A DNA stretch of 64,000 nucleotides from Eledone cirrhosa (GCA_964016885.1 OZ024763.1:28706001-28770000); one strand, 5' to 3'; positions 28,150-42,621 are shown, counted from the first letter of the stretch. Numbers and translations are program-made. Notes: generated by a model from the letters alone, not told the origin.

Positions 28150-31100
28150 CAATACCATTATCTTAATTATTGTAGCAGCTGTAATGATGACTTGTTTGAG
28201 GTCCTTGTGGCGAATATGTCATCACCATCATCGTAGTCATCATCACCATCATCATAGTCATCATTGTCATCATAGTCATCATGATTGTCTACATTACAAT
28301 TATCTTAATTATTGTAGCAGCTGTAATGATGACTTGTTTGAGGTCCCTGTGGCGAATATGTCATCACAATCATCATAGTCATCATCACCATCATCATAGT
28401 CATCATTGTCATCATGATTGTCATCATCACCATCATCATAGTCATCATGATTGTCTACATTACCATTATCTTAATTATTGTAGCAGCTTTAATGATGACT
28501 TGTTTGAGGTCCTTGTGGTGAATATGTCATCACCATCATCATAGTCATCATCACCATCATCATAGTCATCATAGTCATCATCATTGTCTACATTACCATT
28601 ATCTTAGTCATCATTGTCATCACGATTGTCTACATTACCATTATCTTAATTATTGTAGCAGCTGAAATGATGACTTGTTTGAGGTCCTTGTGGCGAATAT
28701 GTCATCACCATCATCATAGTCATCATCACCATCATCATAGTCATCATAGTCATCATGATTGTCTACATTACCATTATCTTAATTATTGTAGCAGCTGTAA
28801 TGATGACTTGTTTGAGGTCCTTGTGGCGAATATGTCATCACCATCATCATAGTCATCATTGTCATCATCACCATCATCATAGTCTTCATTGTCATCATGA
28901 TTGTCTACATTACCATTATCTTAATTATTGTATCAGCTGTAATGATGATTTGTTTGAGGTCCTTGTGGCGAATATGTCATCATCATAGTCATCATCACCA
29001 TCATCATAGTCATCATAGTCATCATGATTGTCTACATTACCATTATCTTAATTATTGTAGCAGCTGTAATGATGACTTGTTTGAGGTCCTTGTGGCGAAT
29101 GTCATCACCATCATCATAGTCATCATTGTCATCATGATTGTCATCATCACCATCATCATAGTCTTCATTGTCATCATGATTGTCTACATTACCATTATCT
29201 TAATTATTGTAGCAGCTGTAATGATGACTTGTTTAAGGTCCTTGTGGCGAATATGTCATCACCATCATCATAGTCATCATCACCATCATGATTGTCATCA
29301 TTACCATTATCTTAATTATTGTAGCAGCTGTAATGATGACTTGTTTGAGGTCCTTGTGGCGAATATGTCATCACCATCATCGTAGTCATCATCACCATCA
29401 TGATTGTCTACATTACCATTATCTTAATTATTGTAGCAGCTGTAATGATGACTTGTTTGAGGTACTTGTGGCGAATATGTCATCACCATCATCATAGTCA
29501 TCATCACCATCATCATAGTCATCATTGTCATCATCATAGTCATCATGACCATCATCATAGTCATCATAGTCATCATGATTGTCTACATTATAATTATCTT
29601 AATTATTGTAGCAGCTGTAATGATGACTTGTTTGATGTCCTTGTGGCGAATATGTCATCACCATCATCATAGTCATCATCACCATCATCATAGTCATCAT
29701 TGTCATCATGATTGTCTACATTACCATTATCTTAATTATTGTAGCAGCTGTAATGATGACTTGTTTGAGGTCCTTGTGGCGAATATGTCATCACCATCAT
29801 CATAGTCATCATCACCATCATCATAGTCATCATTGTCATCATCATAGTCATCATCACCATCATCATAGTCATCATAGTCATCATGATTGTCTACATTACC
29901 ATTATCTTAATTATTGTAGCAGCTGTAATGATGACTTGTTTGATGTCCTTGTGGCGAATATGGCATCACCATCATCATAGTCATCATCACCATCATCATA
30001 GTCATCATTGTCATCATGATTGTCTACATTACCATTATCTTAATTATTGTAGCAGCTGTAATGATGACTTGTTTGAGGTCATTGTGGCGAATATGTCATC
30101 ACCATCATCATAGTCATCATCAACATCATCATAGTCATCATTGTCATCATCACCATCATCATAGTCATCATTGTCATCATCATAGTCATCATAGTCATCA
30201 TAGTCATCATGATTGTCTACATTACCATTATCTTAGTCATCATTGTCATCATGATTGTGCACATCACCATCATCATAGTCATCATTGTCATCATGATTGT
30301 CTACATTACCATTATCTTAATTATTGTAGCAGCTGTAATGATGGCTAGTTTGAGGTTCTTCTGGCGAATATGTCATCACCATCATCATAGTCATCATAGT
30401 CATCGATATCTTCATTGTCTACATTATGGTCATCATCATCGTCATAGCAGCTGTACTGATGACTTGTTTTAGGAGTTTGTGGCAAATATGTCATCACCAT
30501 CATTGTCTACATTATGTTAATTATTATAGCAGCCGTAATGATGACTTGTTTGAGATCCTTGTGGCAAATATGTCATCACCATCACCATCACCATCATTGT
30601 CTACATTATGTTAATTATAGCAGCCGTAATGATGGCTTGTTTGAGATCCTTGTGGCAAATATGTCATCACCATCACCATCATTGACTACATTATGTTAAT
30701 TATTATAGCAGCTGTAATGATGGCTTGTTTGAGATCCTTGTGGCAAATATGTCATCACCATCACCATCATTGTCTACATTATGTTAATTATTATAGCAGC
30801 CGTAATGATGGCTTGTTTGAGATCCTTGTGGCAAATATGTCATCACCATCACCATCATTGACTACATTATGTTAATTATTATAGCAGCTGTAATGATGGC
30901 TTGTTTGAGATCCTTGTGGCAAATATGTCATCACCATCACCATCATTGTCTACATTATGTTAATTATTATAGCAGGCGTAATGATGACTTGTTTGAGATC
31001 CTTGTGGCAAATATGTCATCACCATCACCATCACCATCATGATCATCATCATCATCATCGTCCACATCATCATTATCGTCATCACCATCATCATCAATAC

Positions 31101-31285
31101 CATTATCTTAATTATTGTAGCAGCTGTAATGATGGCTAGTTTGAGGTCCTTCTGGCGAATATGTCATCACCATCATCTTAGTCATCATTGTCATCATTGC
31201 CTACATCATCGTCCCATCATCATTATCGTCAGTCTCGTTCACATCGACATTGTCATCGTCATTTTCGTCAGCCGACATTGTCATC

Positions 31286-31336
<51 letters not shown>

Positions 31337-31420
31337 ATACCATTATATTAATTATTATAGCAGCTGTAGTGATGGCTTGTTTGAGGAACTTGTAGCAAGT
31401 ATGTCATCACCATCATCATC
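28150..31420. repeat. Minisatellite: conserved ~75-bp core plus variable (CAT)n-type linker, about 24 units, two sub-types
   Basis: Core TGTCTACATTACCATTATCTTAATTATTGTAGCAGCTGTAATGATGACTTGTTTGAGGTCCTTGTGGCGAATATG; shorter ~90-bp variant at 30480-31020. Confidence 0.95.
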
Positions 31421-32069
31421 ATTATCATCATCATCATCATCACCATCATCATCATTATCGTCACATCATCACCATCATCATCATCACCATCATCATCATT
31501 ATCATCATGTTTATCATCATCATCATCATCATTTTTGTTTAATTAGTTGTTGTAGTTGTTGTTATTATTGTTTAATTTTTGTAGTAGTAGTTGTTGTTGT
31601 TGTTGTTGTTGTTTAATTAGTTGTTGTAGTAGTTGTTGTTTAATTAGTTGTAGTTGTTGTTGTTTAATTAGTTGTTATAGTTGTTGTTGTTATTGTTGTT
31701 TAATTAGTTGTTGTTGTTGTTGTTGTACGCTGGTATTGTTTGTGAAGCAGTTTCTAATAATACAATTGTTGTTGTTGTTATTTGTTGTGATGTTATTGTT
31801 GTTGATATTGTTGTTGTAACTTCTAACCTCGTCAGCGTTCGTGGACCTGTTGTTGTTGTTGTTGCTGTTGTTGTTGTTGGTTGTGCTGTTGCTGTTGTTG
31901 TTGTTGTTGTTGTTTCCATTGCTGTTGTTGTTGTCGTTAGTGCTATTGTGGTTATTACTGCTATTGTCACTGACGTAATTGTTATTATTGTTATCAAGTT
32001 TGCTGTTGTTGTTGTTGTTGCTGTTGTTGTTGTTGTTGTTACAAGATGTGGTGTTGTTGTTTTTACTCT

Positions 32070-33380
32070 GTGCTGTTGTTGTTGTTGTTACAATATGTGC
32101 TGCTGTGTTGTTATATATGTGCTGCTGTTGTTACAATACGTGCTGCTGTTGTTGTTATATATATGCTGCTGTTGTTGTTACAACATGTGCAGTTGTTGTT
32201 GTTACAATATGTGCTGTTGTTGTTATATATGTGCTGTTGTTGTTGTTACAATATGTGCTGCTGTTGTTACAATATGTGCTGCTGTTGTTGTTACAATATA
32301 TGTTGTTGTTGTTACGATATGTGCTGTTTTTGTTGTTACAATATGTGCTGTTGTTGTTGTTACAATATGTGCTGCTGTTGTTGTTGTTACAATGTGCTGT
32401 TGTTGTTACGATATGTGCTGTTGTTCTGGTTACGATATGTGCTGCTGTTGTTATATATGTGCTGTTGTTGTTACGATATGTGCTGCTGTTGTTATATATG
32501 TGCTGTTGTTGTTGTTACAATATGTGCTGCTGTTGTTACAATATGTGCTGTTGTTGTTATATATGTGCTGTTGTTGTTGTTACAATATGTGCTGTTGTTG
32601 TTACGATATGTGCTGTTGTTGTTGTTACAATATGTGCAGTTGTTGTTATTATATATATGCTGCTGTTGTTGTTACAACATGTGCAGTTGTTGTTGTTACG
32701 ATATGTGCTGTTGTTGTTACGATATGTGCTGTTGTTGTTGTTACAATATGTGCTGTTGTTGTTACGATATGTGCTGTTGTTGTTGTTATAATATGTGCTG
32801 TTGTTGTTACAATATGTGCTGTTGTTGTTATATATGTGCTGTTGTTGTTACGATATGTGCTGCTGTTGTTGTTATATATGTGCTGTTGTTGTTATATATG
32901 TGCTGTTGTTGTTACGATATGTGCTGCTGTTGTTGTTATATATGTGCTGTTGTTGTTACGATATGTGCTGCTGCTGTTGTTATATATGTGCTGTTGTTGT
33001 TATATATGTGCTGTTGTTGTTACGATATGTACTGCTGTTGTTATATATGTGCTGTTGTTGTTATATATGTGCTGTTGTTGTTATATATGTGCTGTCTATG
33101 TTATATATGTGCTGTTGTTGTTATATATGTGCTGTTGTTGTTATATATGTGCTGTTGTTGTTATATATGTGCTGTTGTTGTTACGATATGTGCTGCTGCT
33201 GTTGTTATATATGTGCTGTTGTTGTTATATATGTCCTATTGTTGTTATATATGTGCTGTCTATGTTATATATGTGCTGTTGTTGTTACTATATGTGCTGT
33301 TGTTGTTATATATGTGCTGTTGTTGTTATATATGTGCTGTTGTTGTTACTATATGTGCTGTTGTTACTATATGAGCTGTT
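32070..33380. repeat. ~21-27-bp minisatellite (GTT)nACAATATGTGCT / (GTT)nATATATGTGCT
   Basis: Direct inspection; the variant shifts from ACAATATG/ACGATATG to ATATATG along the array. Confidence 0.95.
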
Positions 33381-33654
33381 TTTGTTGTTGTTACTCTGTG
33401 CTATGGTCATTGTTGTTGTTATGTGTTGTCATTACTGAGTTGCTATTGTTACTATGTACTGTTATTGCTGTTATATGTGTTGTTGTTGTTGTTATTGTTG
33501 TTACCATTAAACATAATTTATTAGTTTCACTCCTCTACGCTATAAACTGCGCAGCTTGTTAAATTTGTGTTTCGAGGACGAGGCCCCAGACACTCTCATA
33601 ATCGAGGTGACTTCAAGGCCATAGATAAAAGTATAAACACTCTAGGTTATATAT

Positions 33655-34345
33655 TGTCAGAATCGGTAGAGCGTCAGACGCCATGCTTTGCAGCATAGAC
33701 TTACGTTCCTTTACATGTTGAGTTCAAATCCCGCAGAGGTTAGCTTTGCCTTTCATCGTTACAGGGTCGATAAATTAAAGTACCAGTAATGCACTGAGGT
33801 TGATTTAATCGACTTTGCACTCCCCCCCCCCCAAAAAAAAATTATTCACCTTGTGCCTAAATTTGAAACCATCATTATTACTTTTTGTAGGTTGTTTAAC
33901 AGAATCGGTAGAGCGCCGGCCAAAATGCTTTGTGGTAATTAGGTACGACATTCTAACATTCCGAGTTAAAATCCCGCCGAGGTTAACTTTGCCTTTCATC
34001 CTTACGGGGTCGATAAAATAAAGTACCAGTCACACGCTGGGGTCGATTTAATCGACTTTCCCCTCCCCAAAAATTGCTGGCCTTGTGCCTATACAAGAAA
34101 CCATTATTATTGGTGGCAATAGGGCGGTGGATTGGCAATATCGATAGAGGGTCGGACGCCATGGTTTGCAGCATAGAGTTACGGCCCTTTACGATCTGAG
34201 TTCAAATCTCGCTGAGGATAACTTTGCCTTTCATCCTTAGGAGGTCGATAAAATAAAGCACCAGTATCGTACTGCTGATTTAATCAAAGTTTTCCTCCCC
34301 CCCCCCGTATTATTGGCCCTGTGCCTATACTAGAAACCATTATTA
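33655..34345 (+). mobile_element. Three head-to-tail SINE family A copies (~33655-33875, ~33895-34110, ~34122-34345)
   Basis: Three B-box+core+tail units, each ending GAAACC(ATT/ATC)n. Confidence 0.9.
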
Positions 34346-35341
34346 TTATTGGTGGTGGCGGGGGGTAGTAGTAGTAGTAGTAGTAGTGGTAGTATATTTT
34401 TCACCCCTCCATTTCCTACAATGTCGGTATGCAAATTCTGTTTCATTGTATTTGTATACAATACCGATTGAATTGGTTTAAATTAAATTAAATTGACGAA
34501 GAAGAAATGTGTAAAAAAAAACAAAAAAAAAACGTACACACAAAACAACAAAAAAACAACAACCCTACAAAATAAAATAAAAACACACACAATTCTATAA
34601 TTCTATATTTTTTATAGTCCATTCTTCAATTCTGTAAAATATTCTGAAAAATCATTTCATTAATTCTACGATATTTTGTCAATACGACTGTTCGTTTTTA
34701 TTATATATCTATCCTTATATATCTATATATATATATATCTATTCTTATATATCTATATATATATATATCTATTCTTATATATCTATATATATATATATCT
34801 ATTCTTATATATCTTTATATATCTATATCTATTCTTATATATCTTTATGTATCTATTCTTATATATCTTTATATATCTATTCTTATATATCTCTCTCTAT
34901 ATATATCTATCTATTCTTATATATCTTTATATATCTATTCTTATATATCTATATATATATCTATTCTTATTTATCTATATATATCTATTCTTATATATCT
35001 ATTTTATATATTTTATATAGCTATATATATCTATTCTTATATATAGTTATATAGTTTAGCAATTCTTTCATTCGTTTACACTGTATTTTATTTTTTATTT
35101 TTTATTTTTTACTTTTTATTTTGTATTTTTTATATTTTCATACAGTTATTTTCATCACTGTCTGTTTTTTTTTTTTTCATTGTATTAATAGGACTTCTTT
35201 GAAAGTGTGTGTGTGTGTTTGTGTGGACTGTGTGTGTGTAGTGTGTGTGTGTAGGTGTTTCTTATTTTTTCCTCATCCCCTTTTAATTTGTATATTCCGT
35301 TAATTATATTAGTATAGGTGTATATATAGTATATATAGGTG

Positions 35342-35380
<39 letters not shown>

Positions 35381-35707
35381 TTATATACATTTATATATGT
35401 ATGTGTATATAAATACATGTATATATAAATATATACATTTATACATGCTTGTATATACATGTTTATATATATATATATATATATATAAATATATAAATTT
35501 ATATATGCATATATATATTATTTATATATACATACATAAATATATATGCATACATCCATATATATACACACATATATATACATATAACTATATATATATA
35601 TATATATATATAAATAGTTATATATATTTGTGTATATATATGGATGTATGCATATATATTGATGTATGTATATATAAATTTTATATATATGCATATATAA
35701 ATTTATA

Positions 35708-35819
<112 letters not shown>

Positions 35820-35998
35820 TAAGAATATAAGATTAATTTATCCAGACAATTTCCTTAATATATTAAATCAATGAGGCTTATATCCGCCATGTTTGTTATT
35901 GACTAACGTCTTCTTTCTTCCTACTCTTTCATGTGTACCTGTCTATATCATTGGATAAAGTACAACAATTGAAGGTTTATTCAAATATATATATATAT

Positions 35999-36075
<77 letters not shown>

Positions 36076-36076
36076 A

Positions 36077-36132
<56 letters not shown>

Positions 36133-36164
36133 ATATATATGGTATATTTATATATAAATATATA

Positions 36165-36203
<39 letters not shown>

Positions 36204-36208
36204 ATATA

Positions 36209-36257
<49 letters not shown>

Positions 36258-36268
36258 ATATATATATG

Positions 36269-36313
<45 letters not shown>

Positions 36314-36349
36314 GCACACACATACATATTTATATTTACAGAGACACAC

Positions 36350-36393
<44 letters not shown>

Positions 36394-36652
36394 GTGTGTG
36401 TGTCTGTGTGTGTGTGTGACTATTTATTTATACTTACAGAGAAATATTAATAACAATGAACACAGTAAATTTGATTATTTTATTTTGATATTGTTGAATT
36501 GTATCCTTCTATCCATTTATGCCAATGGCGGAAACGCTGCAACTGGTGTATAAGCCAAGAAGGCGACAAAATTATTTTGGGCAATGGACAGAATATAGTC
36601 CATGAATACACTTAACAGCAATTAGCCTGTACAATACCATTGTCCTAACAAC

Positions 36653-36698
<46 letters not shown>

Positions 36699-36699
36699 C

Positions 36700-36885
36700 A
36701 ACGAGTAGGTCTCCGACGGCTGGGCACGAGCCGTTTCGATGGCTAATTCTGTCCAGAATTAGCCGTCGAATCGGCTTGAGCTCAGCCGTCGGGGTCCTAC
36801 ACGTTCCTATTGCCCACTCTACTACCCTAAGTATTGAGTACTTTGGTGCGTTATGGTCCATGTTGTTCCTTACCACATTTCCTTC
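36700..36885 (+). mobile_element. Hairpin-plus-tail element in (TA)n; second copy at 61250-61443
   Basis: ~52-bp arms around AATTCTG-TC-CAGAATT, then an ~80-bp tail ACTCTACTACCCTAAGTATTGAGTACTTTGGTGCGTTATGGTCC. Fragments at 37405-37443 and 55504-55560. Confidence 0.8.
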
Positions 36886-37044
36886 GTTATATATATATAT
36901 ATTAGGTATAGGATTATCCTGGATGCAGTAATGGTTAATTACTACACTGGATAGAGTTGACGTACGGTGAGAGGTTACTCAACGAGTTATGGAAGAATTG
37001 TTGAAGAAAATTAGTTCCTGATCCTTCTGTATTCCGGAGTGTAG

Positions 37045-37142
37045 ATAAAGAATGAATAATAACAGGTAGACATCATAAAAGGGTAATTTATTCTGTATAA
37101 ATTACCTTTTTATGATATCTACCTGTTATTTTCATTCTTTAT
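37045..37142. repeat. Hairpin, ~46-bp arms
   Basis: ATAAAGAATGAATAATAACAGGTAGACATCATAAAAGGGTAATTTA / TAAATTACCTTTTTATGATATCTACCTGTTATTTTCATTCTTTAT. Confidence 0.9.
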
Positions 37143-37316
37143 ATATATATATATATAGTAATAATAATAAATTTGAAGACTAAAATCCAAAGAGGGCTCG
37201 ATAAGGATAAATATATATCAAATATATAAGAACCGTAGAGCAAATATTTATTAAATAACATTAAAGTTTAAGCAAAGAATCGCTGCTTTCACCCTTAACG
37301 GGATCTTCTGAAACTA

Positions 37317-37400
<84 letters not shown>

Positions 37401-37468
37401 AAAAGAGTCAGGACCCCGACGGCTGAGCTCCAGCCTTTTCGACTACACACACACGTACACACGCACAA

Positions 37469-37517
<49 letters not shown>

Positions 37518-37529
37518 TGTGTGTGTGTT

Positions 37530-37564
<35 letters not shown>

Positions 37565-37619
37565 GGATATCACGGGTTCAAACGACGGGAACCGCTCAAT
37601 ACAGAGAGTATAGATATTT

Positions 37620-37718
37620 AATATAGAAATGGCTTCTACAGGACTAGAACTGTTTCTTTCGAGAGGAATGCTGATGATTTCTCCCGAAGGAAACAATTCT
37701 CGTCCTGTAGAAGCCATT

Positions 37719-37726
<8 letters not shown>
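37620..37726 (+). repeat. Fold-back containing a truncated hammerhead motif; related copies at 8706-8751, 58543-58565 (-), 58974-59016
   Basis: CTGATGA (37671-37677)-TTTC-TCCC-GAAG-GAAA-CAATTCTC-GTC-CTGTAGAAG; the 5' strand of stem I is replaced by the inverted arm. Confidence 0.6.
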
Positions 37727-37760
<34 letters not shown>

Positions 37761-38102
37761 CGTTTCTGAATTTGTTTAGCAAGATTCTTTATCTGAAATC
37801 GTGTGTTGAAACCGATATTGTAATACTTTGGGAGGGTCATGTTGCCAGTAAGAAATGGCGTAGGATAGAAGAAAGGAAAGGCACAGAAACGAAGAAAGAA
37901 ATCCCCAGTCACTGAAGAGGTCACAGAGTGTGTGACGAAAGAACTATGACTATATATATATAAACAACTATCTGGTTGTGGAACCAACCAACCAACCAGA
38001 AATTTATAAATTTGTAAATTTATAAATATATAATAAATTAAATTGAAGTGAAAGCAACTGGTGCGTGTGTTTCTTATTGGCAACATGACCCTCCCAAAGA
38101 AT

Positions 38103-38135
<33 letters not shown>

Positions 38136-38239
38136 CGGAACCATTGAGGATGTCCATATTGACATTATGGCTTTTTAGGGTGTGGAGGAATGAATGTCTG
38201 TGAATAATATTGGCTACCTGTCTGACACTGTATATTGAA

Positions 38240-40992
38240 TCTTCTTCTTTTTTTTTTTTTTCTTCTTCTTCTTCTTCTTCTTCTTCTTCTTCTTCTTCTT
38301 CTTCTTCTTCTTCTTCTTCTTCTTCTTCTTCTTTTTCGCCTTCTTCTTTGCCTTCTTCTTCGCCTTCTTCTTCCCTCTTGAGAGATATCACGTGGTGTAG
38401 TGTCCTCCATCAATCCGTACAGACAGTGCTGTCAGAAACAACCGTCTCTATTTAATCCGGCTTCATCAGCAACCGAGACCAGCCAATCTCTTCCTCGGGG
38501 TCTGCCTATGTTTTTCCCACTCGTTAGTTTTGCCCGTAAAATCTGTCCAGTTATTCTTTCCTGAGACATTCTAACCACATGTCCATAGTATCAAAGCTGT
38601 GATCTCTCAATTTGAAGAAGTAGCGGCTCAACGTGGTGTGACTCTTTGATCTCCGAGCTACAAATCTGTCCAGTGATTCTTTCCTGAGACATTCTAACCA
38701 CATGTCCATAGTATCAGAGCTGTGATCTCTCAATTTGAAGAAGTAGCGGCTCAACGTGGTGTGACTCTTTGATCTCCGAGCTACAAATCTGTCCAGTGAT
38801 TCTTTCCTGAGACATTCTAACCACATGTCCATAGTATCAGAGCTGTGATCTCTCAATTTGAAGAAGTAGCGGCTCAACGTGGTGTGACTCTTTGATCTCT
38901 GAGCTACAAATCTGTCCAGTGATTCTTTCCTGAGACATTCTAACCACATGTCCATAGTATCAGAGCTGTGATCTCTCAATTTGAAGAAGTAGCGGTTCAA
39001 CGTGGTGTGACTCTTTGATCTCCGAGCTACAAATCTGTCCAGTGATTCTTTCCTGAGACATTCTAACCACATGTCCATAGTATCAGAGCTGTGATCTCTC
39101 AATTTGAAGAAGTAGTGGCTCAACGTGGTGTGACTCTTTGATCTCCACGCTACAAATCTGTCCAGTGATTCTTTCCTGAGACATTCTAACCACATGTCCA
39201 TAGTATCAGAGCTGTGATCTCTCAATTTGAAGAAGTAGTGGCTCAACGTGGTGTGACTCTTTGATCTCCACGCTACAAATCTGTCCAGTGATTCTTTCCT
39301 GAGACATTCTAACCACATGTCCATAGTAACAGAGCTGTGATCTCTCAATTTGAAGAAGTAGTGGCTCAACGTGGTGTGACTCTTTGATCTCCACGCTACA
39401 AATCTGTCCAGTGATTCTTTCCTGAGACATTCTAACCACATGTCCATAGTATCAGAGCTGTCATTTCTCAATTTGAAGAAGTAGTGGCTCAACGTGGTGT
39501 GACTCTTTGATCTCCACGCTACAAATCTGTCCAGTGATTCTTTCCTGAGACATTCTAACCACATGTCCATAGTATCAGAGCTGTGATCTCTCAATTTGAA
39601 GAAGTAGTGGCTCAACGTGGTGTGACTCTTTGATCTCCACGCTACAAATCTGTCCAGTGATTCTTTCCTGAGACATTCTAACCACATGTCCATAGTATCA
39701 GAGCTGTGATCTCTCAATTTGAAGAAGTAGTGGCTCAACGTGGTGTGACTCTTTGATCTCCACGCTACAAATCTGTCCAGTGATTCTTTCCTGAGACATT
39801 CTAACCACATGTCCATAGTATCAGAGCTGTGATCTCTCAATTTGAAGAAGTAGTGGCTCAACGTGGTGTGACTCTTTGATCTCCACGCTACAAATCTGTC
39901 CAGTGATTCTTTCCTGAGACATTCTAACCACATGTCCATAGTATCAGAGCTGTGATCTCTCAATTTGAAGAAGTAGTGGCTCAACGTGGTGTGACTCTTT
40001 GATCTCCACGCTACAAATCTGTCCAGTGATTCTTTCCTGAGACATTCTAACCACATGTCCATAGTATCAGAGCTGTGATCTCTCAATTTGAAGAAGTAGT
40101 GGCTCAACGTGGTGTGACTCTTTGATCTCCACGCTACAAATCTGTCCAGTGATTCTTTCCTGAGACATTCTAACCACATGTCCATAGTATCAGAGCTGTG
40201 ATCTCTCAATTTGAAGAAGTAGTGGCTCAACGTGGTGTGACTCTTTGATCTCCACGCTACAAATCTGTCCAGTGATTCTTTCCTGAGACATTCTAACCAC
40301 ATGTCCATAGTATCAGAGCTGTGATCTCTCAATTTGAAGAAGTAGTGGCTCAACGTGGTGTGACTCTTTGATCTCCACGCTACAAATCTGTCCAGTGATT
40401 CTTTCCTGAGACATTCTAACCACATGTCCATAGTATCAGAGCTGTGATCTCTCAATTTGAAGAAGTAGTGGCTCAACGTGGTGTGACTCTTTGATCTCCA
40501 CGCTACAAATCTGTCCAGTGATTCTTTCCTGAGACATTCTAACCACATGTCCATAGTATCAGAGCTGTGATCTCTCAATTTGAAGAAGTAGCGGCTCAAC
40601 GTGGTGTGACTCTTTGATCTCCGAGCTACAAATCTGTCCAGTGATTCTTTCCTGAGACATTCTAACCACATGTCCATAGTATCAGAGCTGTGATCTCTCA
40701 ATTTGAAGAAGTAGTGGCTCAACGTGGTGTGACTCTTTGATCTCCACGCTACAAATCTGTCCAGTGATTCTTTCCTGAGACATTCTAACCACATGTCCAT
40801 AGTATCAGAGCTGTGATCTCTCAATTTGAAGAAGTAGTGGCTCAACGTGGTGTGACTCTTTGATCTCCACGCTACAAATCTGTCCAGTGATTCTTTCCTG
40901 AGACATTCTAACCACATGTCCATAGTATCAGAGCTGTGATCTCTCAATTTGAAGAAGTAGCGGCTCTACCTGAAGTAACACACTGATCTCCG
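38240..40992 (-). mobile_element. RTE-type LINE 3' fragment with internal 123-bp tandem amplification and (GAA)n tail
   Basis: Native frame EPLLLQIERSQL*YYGHVVRMSQERIT aligns with the RTE at 9990-10360; 3' region 38376-38540; (GAA)n 38240-38375. Confidence 0.88.
38540..40965. repeat. 123-bp tandem array, ~19.7 nearly identical copies
   Basis: ATCTGTCCAG at 38541, 38664 and onward; gives the 41-aa repeat in the 798-aa ORF. Confidence 0.98.
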
Positions 40993-41139
40993 ATATATAT
41001 ATATATATATATTTATACATCTACACCAGCATATGTATATACCAACACACATACAGAACACACATACAGACACAAACACACATATATATTCTTAAGTGCA
41101 CAGCGACATTATGAACATTATATATATATATATATATAT

Positions 41140-41655
41140 AAAGAAAAAGACATGAAATCGAAAATGCAACTGAAGTCTTATTTTTTTTTAAAATATATAT
41201 ATTTATTTGGTTCCTTTACCGGTTTCGCAGTTCTTCTGCTTTTCAAAAGGTGAGTTGAGATGGAGGGTCTGTCAACCAAAAAAAAGCCTTCGTGAGCCTC
41301 CTTTTTTCAAGTAAAAAGAAATTCAAACACTCATATATGAAAAAACAACCTGTGACAACCCCCCCCCCCTCTCTTATTTGAAGAACTATTGTAACGCGAA
41401 CTGGCGCGAAATTTATTATAATTATTGACAAACCAATTAAATTACTTCTCGAAAAACCTGGCATTTCGAGCCACTTTTTCCATATAAAACAAGTAACATT
41501 CAGAGACCAACTAGATGTGATAAAAACCACAGACCCTCCATCTCAACTCACCTTTTGAAAAGCAGAAGAACTGCGAAACCGGTAAAGGAACCAAATAAAT
41601 ATATATATATTTAAAAAAAAAAGGACTCCAGTTGCATTTTCGATTTCATCTCTTT

Positions 41656-41660
<5 letters not shown>
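41140..41660. mobile_element. Fold-back cassette (arms ~41142-41272 / ~41529-41659) bounded by (TA)n; probable PLE terminus
   Basis: ~130-bp inverted arms, ~255-bp spacer, hammerhead variant in each arm, AATAAA just downstream of the motif. Confidence 0.72.
41551..41588 (+). ncRNA. 38-nt minimal hammerhead motif with U3-A8 core (mirror copy on - strand at 41213-41250)
   Basis: CCTT-TTGAAAA-GCAG-AAGAA-CTGC-GAAA-C-CG-G-TA-AAGG: perfect stems I and II, G10.1-C11.1, palindromic ACCGGT stem III, GUA site; C3 and G8 both changed, to U and A. Confidence 0.68.
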
Positions 41661-41717
<57 letters not shown>

Positions 41718-42145
41718 GCGTTGGCCCCAGCATGGTCTCAGCCTGTCGGCTGGCACACGTATTAGTGTTATATATATATATATATATCGGTTTCCAAACA
41801 CATACTACTTCGTTGTCATGTACCGACACGCACTGCTTACAATAGAAATACAGCGTGTACTTAAAAAACTTTTTTTCTTATTAGCAAAAAAGGGTTTTTC
41901 AACGTTTCGAAGCTTCCGTCAATGGCATTACCCGCAAAAAGCCCTTTAATTGTGAAACGTCACTAAGGGAGATTTAGTAACTGGTACGTACATTCGTGTT
42001 TCAAACGTGAATAAGAACGGGACTTGATATAGCGAATGTAACAACAGTAACAGCAGCAACAACAACAATAATAGTTTTATCACAGAACACGAGGGGAATT
42101 GAAACGACGGGTGAGAACGAAGTGACAAATAAGTGTACGTGTGTG

Positions 42146-42294
<149 letters not shown>

Positions 42295-42363
42295 ATATAT
42301 ATATATATGTGTGTGTGTGTATATATAAATATGTGTGTGTGTGTGTGTATGTATATATATATA

Positions 42364-42448
<85 letters not shown>

Positions 42449-42621
42449 ATATATATATATGTGTGTGTATATATATATATGTGTGTGTATATATATATAT
42501 ATATATATGTGTGTATGTATGTGTGTGTGTATATAACTGAATAATTTCAAAACATGATATAAAATGTGAGTTATTCTCCTGCATTATATTTTTAGATTGT
42601 GTCATCGAGTAATATATATAA

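Noticed and set aside
31708-33562. Cys-rich metallothionein- or keratin-like ORFs
   Set aside because: All three frames are open because of a GTT/GCT minisatellite; units shift frame freely.
38551-40947. 798-aa ORF as a genuine gene
   Set aside because: It is a non-native frame of a tandemly amplified RTE fragment with a non-ATG start; no independent coding evidence.
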